Source: the human T2T-CHM13v2.0 reference genome, Homo sapiens. From it: a stretch of DNA of 64,000 bases. The stretch's first letter is position 1, and every line of letters starts with the position of its first letter. Positions 51,902-64,000 of this stretch are shown in pieces. Where the stretch lies: assembly GCF_009914755.1 (NCBI RefSeq), contig NC_060940.1. One strand, given 5' to 3'. Position numbers and translations under genes: made by a program. The notes under the pieces were generated by a model. It made no database searches and had not been told where the DNA came from. It saw only the letters and a program-made list of their open reading frames with translations.

Positions 51902-52385
51902 TGTGTCAGTTTCCTCTTGCTGCTATAACAAATGACCACAAACTTCATGGCTTCAAACAACACAAATTTATTCTTTACAGCTCTGGAAGTCAGAAGTCTG
52001 AAGTGAGTCTTGGAAGGCTAAAGTTACAGTGTCCACAGAGCTGCATTTCTTCTAGTTTCAGGAAAAAATTTGTTTTCTTACTTTCTCCAGCTTCTAGAGG
52101 ACAGTTATATTCCTTGGCTCGTGACCCTATTCCTCTATCTTCAAAGTGAGTCATCCCAAGTCTTTGATGGTTCCATCATCACATCTCCTTTTCCTTCATT
52201 TACCTGACCCTCCTGCCTTCCTCTTACAAAGACCTTTATAGAGAGCGTCCATCTGGATAATCCCCCATCTAAGATCCTTATTTTTATCACATATGAAAAG
52301 TTTCCTTTGCCATGAAAGGTAATATATTCACAAGTTTCAGAGATGAGGCCGTGGACATCTTTGGGGAGTCGCCGTTTTTCCCCAG
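51902..52385 (-). mobile_element. MLT1D solo LTR
   Basis: cagtttcctcttgctgctataacaaatgaccac...gtggacatctttgggg. Confidence 0.88.
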
Positions 52386-52659
52386 ATTCTTCTGGGAGAC
52401 ACACAAAGCAAGTCTTCAGGAGCCATTCTGAGACAGTCCTGGGAGCCAAGGCCAGTTCATAGAATGGAGACCAGGGAGTAGGGGACCTAGCAGACAAGAG
52501 AAACTACCTGGAGTCTACTTCCCCTCACCCCACGACCTCTGTCTGATCCCTTCTCATAGCTCAAAAGATAACTCAGGTTCTACCTCCTCCAGGAGGCCAC
52601 TCTAACCCCTCCTTCCTCTCTCCCTGACTGTGCCCACAGCTCATTCTGTGCTTCTCTGG

Positions 52660-52910
52660 GATGTTACTGGTAAGCCTTAAGGCTTGGAAGCCAACACCTG
52701 AGTTCAGGTCTTAGTCCTGTGTTTACTGTGTAACTGTGGGCAAATAATTTAACCTCTGTGAGCCTGAGATTCCTTCACTACAAAATAGAGATCATCCTAC
52801 TTCCCTCAGAAGGGCATAGTGAGGAATTAAATAAATGTAGGCAAAAGGTTTGTTCATTGTCTGGTACTTCATAGATGCTCCATAAATGAAGTGATCATCA
52901 CTATTATTAT
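52660..52910 (+). mobile_element. MIR
   Basis: ctgagttcagg...gggcaaataatttaacctctgtgagcctg. Confidence 0.75.
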
Positions 52911-53084
52911 CAAAGTAACTATCAACCCTTATGTTAATTTATCTGTTAACTTTTCCATCTTCATTTTTCAACTCTAAATCTCTTGAGGGCAAGGATCCAA
53001 ATCAATGGATCTTGTTTCTGTGCCTATTGCAGGTGATACCCCAAACGGGGAATCCCTTCAGGAATAGGAAAACGCACTGGGGCT

Positions 53085-54190
<1,106 letters not shown>

Positions 54191-54825
54191 ATGAATCCTA
54201 TGTCCAGACCTCAATTTCTTCACCAGGCAGGTCATTAGAGCAATAAATTACAAATTAATCTTTAAAAAAAGAGAGAGAGAAAGTGTTTCACGTGAATTCT
54301 TCCTCTGCCCTCTGTGTGTATATTTGATGACTCTGTGTTTCCTCAGCAAAAGTCAATGAAACAATTAAGTCTCTGCCCATTTTTCCTTATCCTGATCTCC
54401 AACAGTGTTAAAAAGCCTTGCACTACACTTTTCCCACCCGGGCTTGTTAATAATTCATGCATTTGCCTTCTTTAGTTCATCTGTCTTTGCTGCTTAAACC
54501 CAGTGGAAAAGGGGAGGTTCTCGTTTGGCTTTCTGAATGCCCCATCCTTACAAACATTCAAATGGCCACATCTTTAATGCCCATGATGTGGGACTGGTAA
54601 AATTCTCTTTATCTTCCACCAAAACTCCAATAAGGAATATTTTTTAACGATCTCTGCTAATTTTGTCAGCTCATTTTCTGACAAGTTTTGTTTCACATGG
54701 ATCATTTTGCCCAGAATAATTAGGGCTAAACTAGAGATGGGGATTCCATTGCTACTCAGAATGTCACTCGTGGGCCAGCAGTGTCACTTCCACCCTCAGG
54801 CTAGCATCGTCAGGTTTGCCCTGGA

Positions 54826-55032
54826 AAGGGGTTCCTCAACCTTGGCACTATTGACATTTGGGGCCAGAAAGCCCTCTATGGTGGGGGCTGTCCCGTGCAT
54901 CAGAGGATGTTTAGAAGCATCTGTGACTTCTACCCACTGGAGGCAAGTAGCACCCTCATCCACCAGTTGTGACAATTAAAAATATCTGCAAGCATCATGA
55001 AAGACAGAAGTCTCCCCAGTTGAAAACCAATG
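54826..55032 (-). mobile_element. MER20
   Basis: ctcaaccttggcactattgacatttgggg...ccccagttgaaaacca. Confidence 0.87.
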
Positions 55033-55079
55033 CCCATGGCCTTGATTGCACTGTAAACGCTCCAGCCCTAGCAGAGAGC

Positions 55080-55335
55080 TCATGGGTCACAATCTGCATT
55101 TTAATAAAAACCCAGGTGATTCCCAGACACATTAAAGTGCAAGAAGCACTGGGCTCGAGGGCTGGTGCGCAAACTTGGCTGCCTAGTGGAATCACCCAGG
55201 AATATTTAAGATAATTCTTGTGTCTGGGCCCCACCCCCAGAAACTCTGATTGAATTGGTGTAAGTACAACCCGCATGCTGGGATATTTAAGACCTTCCCA
55301 GGTGATTCTGATGCAGCCAAGTTTAAAACCACCAT
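55080..55335. mobile_element. MER5-family MITE fragments
   Basis: atctgcattttaataaaaacccaggtgattc; gggccccacccccagaaactctgatt. Confidence 0.75.
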
Positions 55336-55479
55336 TCCTCCCATAGTTTAGCCCTAATCCTCATATTTTGCAGATGGAGAAACTGAGGTGCAGAAGGGTC
55401 CAGGAACTTTCCCTTCTGGAAATCAGTAGAGCCAAGACTTATACCTTAAACATGCATAGTAAAAATATCCTAGTTAGCA

Positions 55480-56650
55480 CTCTATTTGCCTTTTCTAATA
55501 CCTCTGACAACTGTGACCATTATTTGTGTATTTCTTTAATTTCTGTCTTCCTGATTAGATGCTGAGGTCTCTGAGGGCAAGGACAATATTCGACTGGCTC
55601 CCCAGGGCTGTGTATCTCCCCAGTGCTTAGAATTCCATCTTGCACATAGCAAACAAGCCATGATATAACAAAGGAATGGATGAACAAAATGCACAGACAA
55701 CAGAATAAAGAATGCAACCTATGTGTGCCTGGTGCCAAGCCCCAATTCAGCAAACACCACTGAGAAAGTCGGAAAAACAGTACAGGTGTTCTATCTGTGC
55801 CTTAGTGCACTTGGTGCTCCTCCTGACTGCTCAATGACTGGCCTTCCAGGCCTGGTGACTGCTCTCTGAGGCCCAGCGGGTGCCGAGGTCCAGGTCTAGG
55901 GAGCAACTGGAGCATCACTCTCCAAGGTGAGCCTCCACTACACAGGAGCAGTAAGCCCGTAGTCCACCTCCAACAAGCCTCCCATCTTCCTGTGTGGCCA
56001 GGCCAAGTATGTCTCTTTATAGATAAGGACACTGAAGTTCACATGAGCTACTAGCTCGTAAGTGTTAGGGGAGCTAGAATTCAGAAGGACTCTGTGGTGC
56101 CAGCCCTACCAATAATCGGGCATAGAGAGAAGTCTCTCCAGGTGCCCTGGGCTCAAGGAAACACTTTGGATCTCAGGCCCAGCTGCTTTCCAGCCTCATT
56201 TTGTACTTTTCTCCTCCCTTCTCACTGCTTCTAACCCAATAGAGCTCTCCATCCTCCCAGCCACACTGACCTCTTTTTACTTCCTTAAATGTGTCACATT
56301 CCCTCTTGCCTCTGAGCTGTCACACATGCTGTTGCAGTGGTCTGCAATACTCTCCCATGGTTCATTCTTCATGTCCTACAGGAAGCCTTCCCAAAACACT
56401 CCTCACCAGGGAGACAACTCTGTTTCACATCCCTGCAATACACTCCAACTTCTACCACTGCACTCACAACACTGCCTGATGATAACTTCTTACTTGTCAT
56501 TGCTACAGTGTGGCAGGCTTTTGGTGGGGGGATGGGGGAGGGGAGAGGCAGTGGCCATGTTCACCTGCTTCACCTCATATCCCAAAATATCTACCATAAT
56601 CCCTGGCCCAGAGTGTGTGCTGAATAAACATTTATTCAAGGAATGAATAA
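55480..56650 (+). mobile_element. L2 3' fragments with interspersed MIR pieces
   Basis: ctgagggcaaggac...; tgctgaataaacatttattcaaggaatgaa. Confidence 0.6.
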
Positions 56651-58359
56651 GCCAAATGCTGCGCACAGCACCCAAGCTAAGGTTTGGGCTTATATGCTCC
56701 CTTTCAGCCACAGTAAAGTGTGGAATTAGAATAAGACAACGGGGCAGGAGGGAAAGAGGGAGATAAAGACTTTGATTTTGCTTGGATATTCAGAAAGTTG
56801 CATTATTTGTCAAGTAATCACAAAAGAATCAATTGTTAGATTCCTGCCTCCGTAGAGACCTTATCCTTCATCAGACCTCCAGGAAATGACCAGAATTATC
56901 AAAGGAAAAGCAAACATTGCTCAGCAGCAACCAAGTCCCTGACCACATGCAAGAAGCAGGGCCACCCCAAGACAGGGAACCAAGAGCCTGGATCAGCCAC
57001 GATAAAGACAGGCAGGCATCTGGCCTCCATCAGAGATGGTATTCCCACCCAAGCCTGGCATTGCGCCCAGGGATTAAGGGCTTTCTAGGACATCGAAATG
57101 CAAATATTTGCATGAATAAAATTTAGCAAACTAGGATGTACGGTTTCTTGGGCCAACTCCGGGACCCATGGCTGTGTGTGTGGCTGTGAATTTCTGTTGG
57201 CAGTTCAGCAGTCAGGGAAGAGTCAGGGAAGACATGAGGGTCTCTGCCTCTCTCGACTCCCCAGCATCATCTTAGGTATCAGAGATGCAGCTCGAGCATG
57301 AGAAATTGTGGGGAAAATGAACTCAGTCCTCCAAAAGCAGGGGTCCTCCTCCCCTAGAAGAAGGTGCTATTATCTGGAGATCCTACAAGTAGCCTGACTC
57401 TAGGAAAAGCAAGGGAATGCCAGGCAGAGGGGACAGCCTAGGCAATGGTGTGGAGGCCATCATGCACAGGGCACGTTCTGGGGTGGTGAAATTGATCTAT
57501 CACATACAAAACAGAATCAGTGAGTTAAAGCATTGAGCCACATTGAAGAGGATTTTGAAAATTGATGATGATGTTGTATCAAATATAGATAGAGCCTTAG
57601 TTTTAATGCCACCTTCTCTTACCTAAGAAAATTCAAATGATGCTTTTGTCCAGGGTCTGCCAGGACAAATGCTCAATAGCTGTCAGCCATGTGTATTCTC
57701 ATTTGATTCCCACTAAGCCCCCAGGACAGACTGTCATTACCAGCAAGCAGCAAGAGGAAAAACCAAACAGAGGACAAACCAAACAAAGAAAAAACAAAAC
57801 CAAGTCTGTGTTAATAAACACACTCAGGATTTGGCTAGGATGGTACGCCAGTGTCCAGATATGCTGGAGTATCCAACCACAAGGCCAGGGTCCTCTTCAG
57901 TTTCACACACCAGGCTCTGGAGCTAGAACTCTCCACCTGGCTCCAGCAGGGGCCAGGAATGACTTGAAGCAAGGCAGCACGGCACTTGCAAGAAGTACTT
58001 TATGGCGATTTCTCTGGCACTACGGTGGAGGATGGGTTGAAATTGCAGAGCACTGTGTGCCAGGAGAAAGGCAACTTCCAAGTCTAGGGATATGAAGGTC
58101 CTATAGAAAAGTGGTAATAGACAATAAAGGAAGTGGTGCATTCAAGAGATTCAGGGGGTGAGTCAATGCATGTGGTGGCAGGAAACACAGAAAAAAAAAG
58201 GGAAGAATTAAAATAATCACCTATGTACAGGAGATAGTTCCATGTGGCTGTCTGGACAAACCTGCGCACTTGGAGTTCCACAAGAATTGCAGACCTTCAA
58301 GGACCAGGCCCTCCTCTTCCTTCTCCTCTTTCTCATCCTCCTGCTGCTTCTTTGGGATA

Positions 58360-59330
58360 ATTTTTTGAGATGAGAGTCACATAAAATAAAATTAACTATT
58401 TTAAGTAAAAACAACTCAGTGACACTTAGTCCATTCACAAAGTTATGCAGCCACCACCTCCATCTAGTTCCAAAACATTGTTATCATTCCAGAGCAAAAT
58501 TCTTTACCCATGAGGCACTCTTTTCTCAGTTTTCATTCCCTCCAGCTCCTGGCACCCAACAGTCTGACTTCTGTCTCCATGGATTTACCTATTCTGATTA
58601 TTTCAGATCTGTGGAATTATATGTGGTCCCTGTGGCTGACTTCTTTCACTCAGCATGTTTTTGAGGTTCATCCACACTGGAGCATGTATAAATATGTCAT
58701 TCTTTTTGATGGCTAAATTATAACCTCTAGTGTGGATAGGCCACAGTTTTTTTTTGTTTTGTTTTTATTTTTGTTTTCTTTTGAGACAGAGTCTCACTTT
58801 GTCACCCAGTGGCACAATCTAGGCTCATTGCAACCTCCATCTCCCAGGCTCAAGTGATTCACCTGCCTCAGTCCCCCAAGTAGCTGGGATTACAGGCACA
58901 TGCCACCATCCCCAGCTAATTTTTGTATTTTTAGTAGAGATGGGGTTTCACCATGTTGACCAGGCTGGTCTCGAACTTCTGACCTCAAGTCATCCACCTG
59001 CCTTGGCCTCCCAAACTGCTGGGATTACAGGCATGAGCCACCGCACCTGGCTCACAATTTGTTTACCCACTCATCCAGTGATGGGCATTTGGGTTGTTTT
59101 CTCCTTTTGACTAATGTGAATAGCGCCTCTATGAACATGTATGTACATTCTATTGTTTCAGTCCCTGTTTTCCATCCTTCTTGGTACAAACCTAGGCATG
59201 GAATTGCTGGGCCACCTGGTAATTCAATGTTTAACTTGTTGAGAAATTCTCACCTATTTTCCACAGTGGCTGCACCATTTTACACTCTCACCACAAATGT
59301 ATGAGGGTTCCAATTTCTGCACTGCTGCTT
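58360..59330 (-). mobile_element. L1MB-type 3' region interrupted by an Alu
   Basis: ttctgtctccatggatttacctattctg...gatgggcatttgggttg...tccacagtggctgcaccatttt. Confidence 0.85.
58747..59051 (-). mobile_element. AluS with a small deletion
   Basis: Antisense Alu; gtcacccag|tggcac junction lacks ~12 bp. Confidence 0.93.
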
Positions 59331-59823
59331 CATCGACAATGTCCCTTCCTGCCCAACAGTGGGAGGTCAGGCTACGTGCCCTTGAACTTAGCATGCCACT
59401 TCATTTACTTCCAATTAGCCCACTCTGCAAATCAGCATTCTTCCCAGCCCGCCCTCACCTTGAGCAGCCACAGTCTCACCCTCATGCCATTTTTGTGCAT
59501 TCCCTTCAGTCCCAATAAATCTGCTAAACCCAATCCTCCTCCACAACCTCACTCCTTAGCCCTCCCTAGCAGGATGCACTGTAACTGCTCAGGACCATTC
59601 TCTTGGACTAGCTGAATTCTCTAACGTGAGGATATCAAATCAGTTTCATCTTATAAACCAGCTCTGATGGTGTTGGCTGCCTAGATTGGCTGTGTTTAGA
59701 AGGATTCTGAGACTGCATCTGTGCTGAAGATTGTCATAGAATGAGAGTTGTGGAACTGGGAAGACAGTGAACACACACCACAGTAGCCATCCGCACCCCG
59801 GTTTCTATCAGCTTGTCCATTCC

Positions 59824-60126
59824 TTTTTTTTTTTTTTTTTTTCAAGGCAGAGTCCTGCTCTGTTGCCCAGGCTGCAGTACTGGCGTGATCTTGGCTCACT
59901 GCAATCTCCACCTCCTGGGTTCAAGCGATTCTACTGCCTCAGCTTCCCCAGTTGCTGGCACTACAGGCGTGTGCCACCATGCCTGGCTAATTTTTGTATC
60001 TTTTTCAGTAGAGATGGGTTTTCACCATGTTGGCTAGGCTGGTTTCGAACTCCTGACCTCAGGTGATCCATCTGCCTCAGCCTCCCAAAGTTCTGGGATG
60101 ACAGGTGTGAGCCACCATGCCCAGCC
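59824..60126 (-). mobile_element. AluS
   Basis: Antisense Alu; TSD gcttgtccattc at 59811 and 60128. Confidence 0.95.
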
Positions 60127-60312
60127 TGCTTGTCCATTCTGTTTGCTCACACATGCTCACCCCACAATTCTGCCTCTCACCTCCTCTCCACCACAACTCA
60201 ATACAATTTCCCCTCACAGTTCTATCTGTTATCATCCCCCAGAATGTTCTTAGACACTGCAATTACTGAGCACTGGCCAAAACCATTTCTTCAGGGCACT
60301 GTTCATGACAAA

Positions 60313-60658
60313 TGATATGGTTTGGTTGTGTCCCCACCCAAATCTCATCTTGAATTGTAGCTCCCACAGTTCCCACGTGTCATGAGAGGGACCCCGTGGG
60401 AGGTGACTGAATCATGGTGGGGCAGGTCTTTTCCATGCTGTTCTCATGATAGTAAGTCTCAGGAGATGTGATGGCTTTAAAAAGGGGAATTCCCCTGCAC
60501 AAGCTGTCTCTCACCTGCCATCATGGAAGTCCCTTGCTCTTCCACCATAATTGTGAGGCCTCCCCAGACATTTGGAACTGAGTCAATTAAACCTCTTTCC
60601 TTTATAAATTACTCAGTCTGTTATATCTTTATTAGCAGCGTGAGAATGAACTAATACA
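60313..60658 (+). mobile_element. THE1B/C solo LTR
   Basis: tgatatggtttggttgtgtccccacccaaatctc...gaactaataca; perfect TSD acaaa. Confidence 0.94.
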
Positions 60659-61547
60659 ACAAATAGTAGCATAAACTCTTCTAAGCAGAGGAACAAAATT
60701 ATGGGTAAGGGTAGCAATGAGCACCCACATTCAATATTTTGTCTCCAGACGTGGCCACTGTGCCCTGATGGCCATTGTGAGCAAGAAGATGGGGACTCCC
60801 TGGGTGAAATAGATCTGAGGGTACAAATTGTTTTCTCTACTTCTTGTTACCTTTCAGCACCATAGGCAACAGCCAGGGTATTGGCCAAGAGGTTGAGGAG
60901 CTAGATCTCATTGCATCCTGATTTTGTCCTGATGTGGAATTGTCAAGACCTCACATTTCAAAGGCGATGATTGTTTTGAATGCCAACAATAAACTCTTGC
61001 TCTTTGACTCGCTCTGTGAGCCCCACAGGGTTTTAGATTTTTTTTTTCTTTTTCAGTTTTAGGGTTTAGATCTTTTAAAGTCAGCACTACACAGAGCAGA
61101 AGTATATGATTGAATTCCCGATTAGAGCTCTGCACATTGCCAATGGTGAGCTTTCGAAGGGCTGATTTTGACTGTATCTGTGTGGAACCCAGCAGCATGT
61201 GGTCAAGTGAAGACTGTAGCCGCTGGTGGCTTCTTTGCTTTGCATTCCTATCAGAGCAGAGTTGAGCAGATTAAGAAGCAGAGCAGATCTGGAAAGGCAG
61301 GCACTTGAAATTGTGTGCTCTCTTCATCCCCCTGCCCTCCTTCAAACTCTGGCATCCCTCCCTGGACAACTGCCACAAAGTTTCCCCGCAGCCAGTCTCA
61401 CATCACCACACTGCAGACAGAGACGTCTTTCCCAAAGGGAACTGACCACTTTATTCTCATCCTTAAAATCCTTCACTGGCTCTCTCATGTCTCCAGCAGG
61501 GATTTAACCTGAGTCTAGGCACTCCCAGGCCCTCAGTGCTCTCTAGC

Positions 61548-61757
61548 CAGAGGCCAGCAAGCATTTTCTGTAAAGGGCCAGAGAATAAAAATTTGCAGTT
61601 TTGCAGGCCATCATGCAGTCTCTGTCACAGCTACTCAGTTCTGCCCTTGGGTGAGAAAGCAGCCATAGGTAATGTGCAAATCAATGGCTGTGGCTGTGTT
61701 CCAATAAAACGTTATTCACCAAAAGCATGCTGCTAGCTGGATTTGACTAACAGCCTG
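61548..61757 (+). mobile_element. MER58A hAT-Charlie MITE
   Basis: ttttctgtaaagggccag...gctgtgttccaataaaac; ctcta-type flanks on both sides. Confidence 0.87.
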
Positions 61758-62029
61758 CTCTATACTTTCTAAATCTATAAGCAAAATGATGTTCCAGTGT
61801 GCATTTCTGGGGAGTAGGTTGGTAGCTTTCAGCAAACAGCCAAAGGGTTTAGTAACCCCCCAAGTGCTAATTGGGGAGGTCATTCTTCCAGACGTGTTCA
61901 CCTAGCCTTCCAACCCTTCACAGACCATGCTGGATGGCTCTCAACTGTAGTGTACAACAGGCTCTCTCCTCCATCTCTATCTTTGCACATGCTCAGCGTA
62001 GGCTGCCCAGTCCTATCCAGTGAATTCCT

Positions 62030-62350
62030 TCATTCAATAAATACCTGAGTAGCCACTATCCACTACCCATTGCTAGTCACTGGTATAGTTTCCAGCCCTA
62101 GTGGAATTTACAGCCTAACAGGGGAGGAGAGATATAAGAAAACTGATATGACAGCAAATTGTGCATCTTGTGACAATTGTGCTAAATTGTTACAATTATA
62201 ACACTGTGATACCTTTGTGCTCAGTATAGGGAAAGAAAAGGAGAGGTTACGATGAGTTAGGTGACTAACCTTCCTAGTTGGTTTCCCAGGAAGTGAAATA
62301 TTCAATGCTAAAACCAAGAAGTCCTGGTTAAACAGGCTGAGTTTATAGGG
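62030..62350 (-). mobile_element. L2 3' fragment
   Basis: cattcaataaatacctgagt...cagccctagtggaatttacagcct. Confidence 0.65.
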
Positions 62351-63229
62351 TGATCATGTGTGAGCATGTACCAAGGGACCCTAAGTTAGCATGGAGGCTC
62401 AGGGAGGACGTGACAGCACAGGGAGAGATCTACACCCTATAACTGCTGTTTTCCTTTTTTTTTTTTTTTTTTTGGCCTTCCACCTCATGACCACTGTGTT
62501 CCACGTCTTTCCTTGTCCTTCTTTTTCCAACTATCTTCATTCTTTTTGTAGATCCACTCACCTTCTCTCTCAGCAAGTCAAACTCTTTCCTCTTTAAAAA
62601 CAGAAGACTTCCTTTGCACGTGGATATTTTTTGTGCTATTATACTTAAATTTTGAAGAGTTTTGTTTCATTTTTGAGGATTATACTTTTCTTTTTGTATA
62701 AAGTAATATAACACATGGGAAAATTAGAAAGCCTGTAGAAGTATGAAGCAACAAAAAGAATATAAATCAATACTCAACTCCTCCTTATCATCATGAACGT
62801 AATCCCGGGATAGTCTCATCACATTTTTTTGTACTGGTTGACAGATCACATCCCTACTGAGACTCTTGCTGCAATAAACTCCTTTGGGTTTATCTTTTTT
62901 ATGCTTGTAATTGTAGCAATAAAGGTTTTGTTTGTTATTTTTTAATGTAACTGTGTACGTTACACAAAAGGCCCATCACTTAATCAGTACTATTCCTATT
63001 CTGGTAAGATAGTAGTTCATGGGTGGATGCAGAAAGAACAGATGATAGATATTTATCAAGGAATAATGACTAAGCCTATTTGTAATGTCTACTTGCTTAA
63101 AATGACGACACTATGCCCATTTGAGCTAGAATTTAATATTCTAGAATCATAGCACAAAGGAGTCCTGTAGTAACTGTATTTGCCCAGCTACAAGAGAAGT
63201 AAAATGAGCTGGCAAGTTATTATTTTATC

Positions 63230-63320
63230 TACTGGGTTGAGCCATATGGAATCAACCCTTCTGTAGCACAAATACAATCACGTATTAGCCATTTAGCCAT
63301 TTCCTATGGCTCAACCTGTA
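63230..63320. mobile_element. MADE2-like mariner MITE
   Basis: Inverted termini ggttgagccatatggaat / atttcctatggctcaacc, with TA at both ends. Confidence 0.78.
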
Positions 63321-63399
63321 TGTGCCAAGTGCTGCTAAGTTCTCAAACTTCATTTACCTTGAATAGATGTGTCACAAATTCACTTTACTAAGAGAAGAC

Positions 63400-63625
63400 C
63401 CACATATCAGTGCCATAGCTCTGACTTCCAATCCAGAATCCACCACTTCTCATGAGATACAGAATATAAGCCAAGTCTTTGTCTCTCTCAGCCTCAATTT
63501 CCTCAGCAGTAAAACATGTATGACAGCATCTATGTCATCAGGCTGCTGAACAGATAGCAGAGAACTTGCAGGCAAAGTGCCTGCCTGGTGCAACGTACAT
63601 AAGAAGGTGTTTGATCAAAGCTGTC
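63400..63625 (+). mobile_element. MIR
   Basis: ctctcagcctcaatttcctcagcagtaaaa...tgcctgcctgg. Confidence 0.65.
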
Positions 63626-63645
63626 TCCCTTAATGGACTTCTACT

Positions 63646-64000
63646 TGTAAACCAAAAATAAAACCCTAAGCCTCCCCCACTGACTGAACAGGCCCCCTCT
63701 GAACCAAGGGAAACCTGAGAAATTGAATTCTGGACCATGATGGGAAGGGAGGTCAGAGAAACCTGGTTATATTCGCTCCCTTTTAGGGACAACTGACCAG
63801 CATTAACATTAAAATAGAGATCACAAGACTGAAAACACAGACTCTTTGGCAACAACTTAGCAAATTCCACCTTGACTCTGATAGGACCTCACATGACAGA
63901 AAGCAGATTCTGAAGGAAATCAAAATGTTTCACCCCAAAATATACGTATTTGACATATTTTGAAATGGCCCTGCAAAGCCATCTTTTGTGGGGGAAATTT
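63646..64000 (+). mobile_element. MER4-family (MER4D/E-like) ERV1 LTR, continues past the window end
   Basis: tgtaaaccaaaaataaaa...ttaacattaaaatagagatc...ttttgaaatggccctgcaaagc. Confidence 0.8.

Noticed and set aside
30131-52385. Similarity among four MLT1D-like segments and among THE1 copies, suggesting segmental duplication or proviruses
   Set aside because: They are independent solo LTRs with different flanks or TSDs and no internal proviral sequence between them.

Overview
This is non-coding hominid (human-like) genomic DNA, either intergenic or deep intronic. I find no credible protein-coding exon, RNA gene or CpG-island promoter; the listed ORFs are chance frames or come from repeats. 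The window starts inside an SVA retrotransposon (1-~2235, young D/F-type; its 5' hexamer lies outside the window). The rest is a dense mosaic of Alu/FLAM, MIR, L1, L2, MaLR LTRs (MLT1, THE1), ERV1 LTRs (MER41B, MER34/39-like, MER4-like) and hAT/mariner DNA-transposon relics (MER5, MER20, MER45A, MER53, MER58A, MER63A, MER91, Charlie1a, MADE2), plus simple repeats. Subfamily names come from recalled consensus sequences, not from a search, and many boundaries are approximate. I cannot support a new multi-gene system. The most interesting signals are: (i) a cluster of A-to-G changes in the SVA SINE-R that looks like ADAR editing fixed by retrotransposition; (ii) three independent short (53-170 bp) local copy-paste duplications of different ages, each with the derived copy 1.1-2.4 kb downstream in direct orientation and in or beside a simple repeat; (iii) other repair-like scars: a tailless internal L1 ORF2 fragment between 17-bp direct repeats, a snap-back insertion in an Alu, and a body-less T-rich insert; (iv) a solo MER41B LTR that keeps both STAT-type GAS cores.
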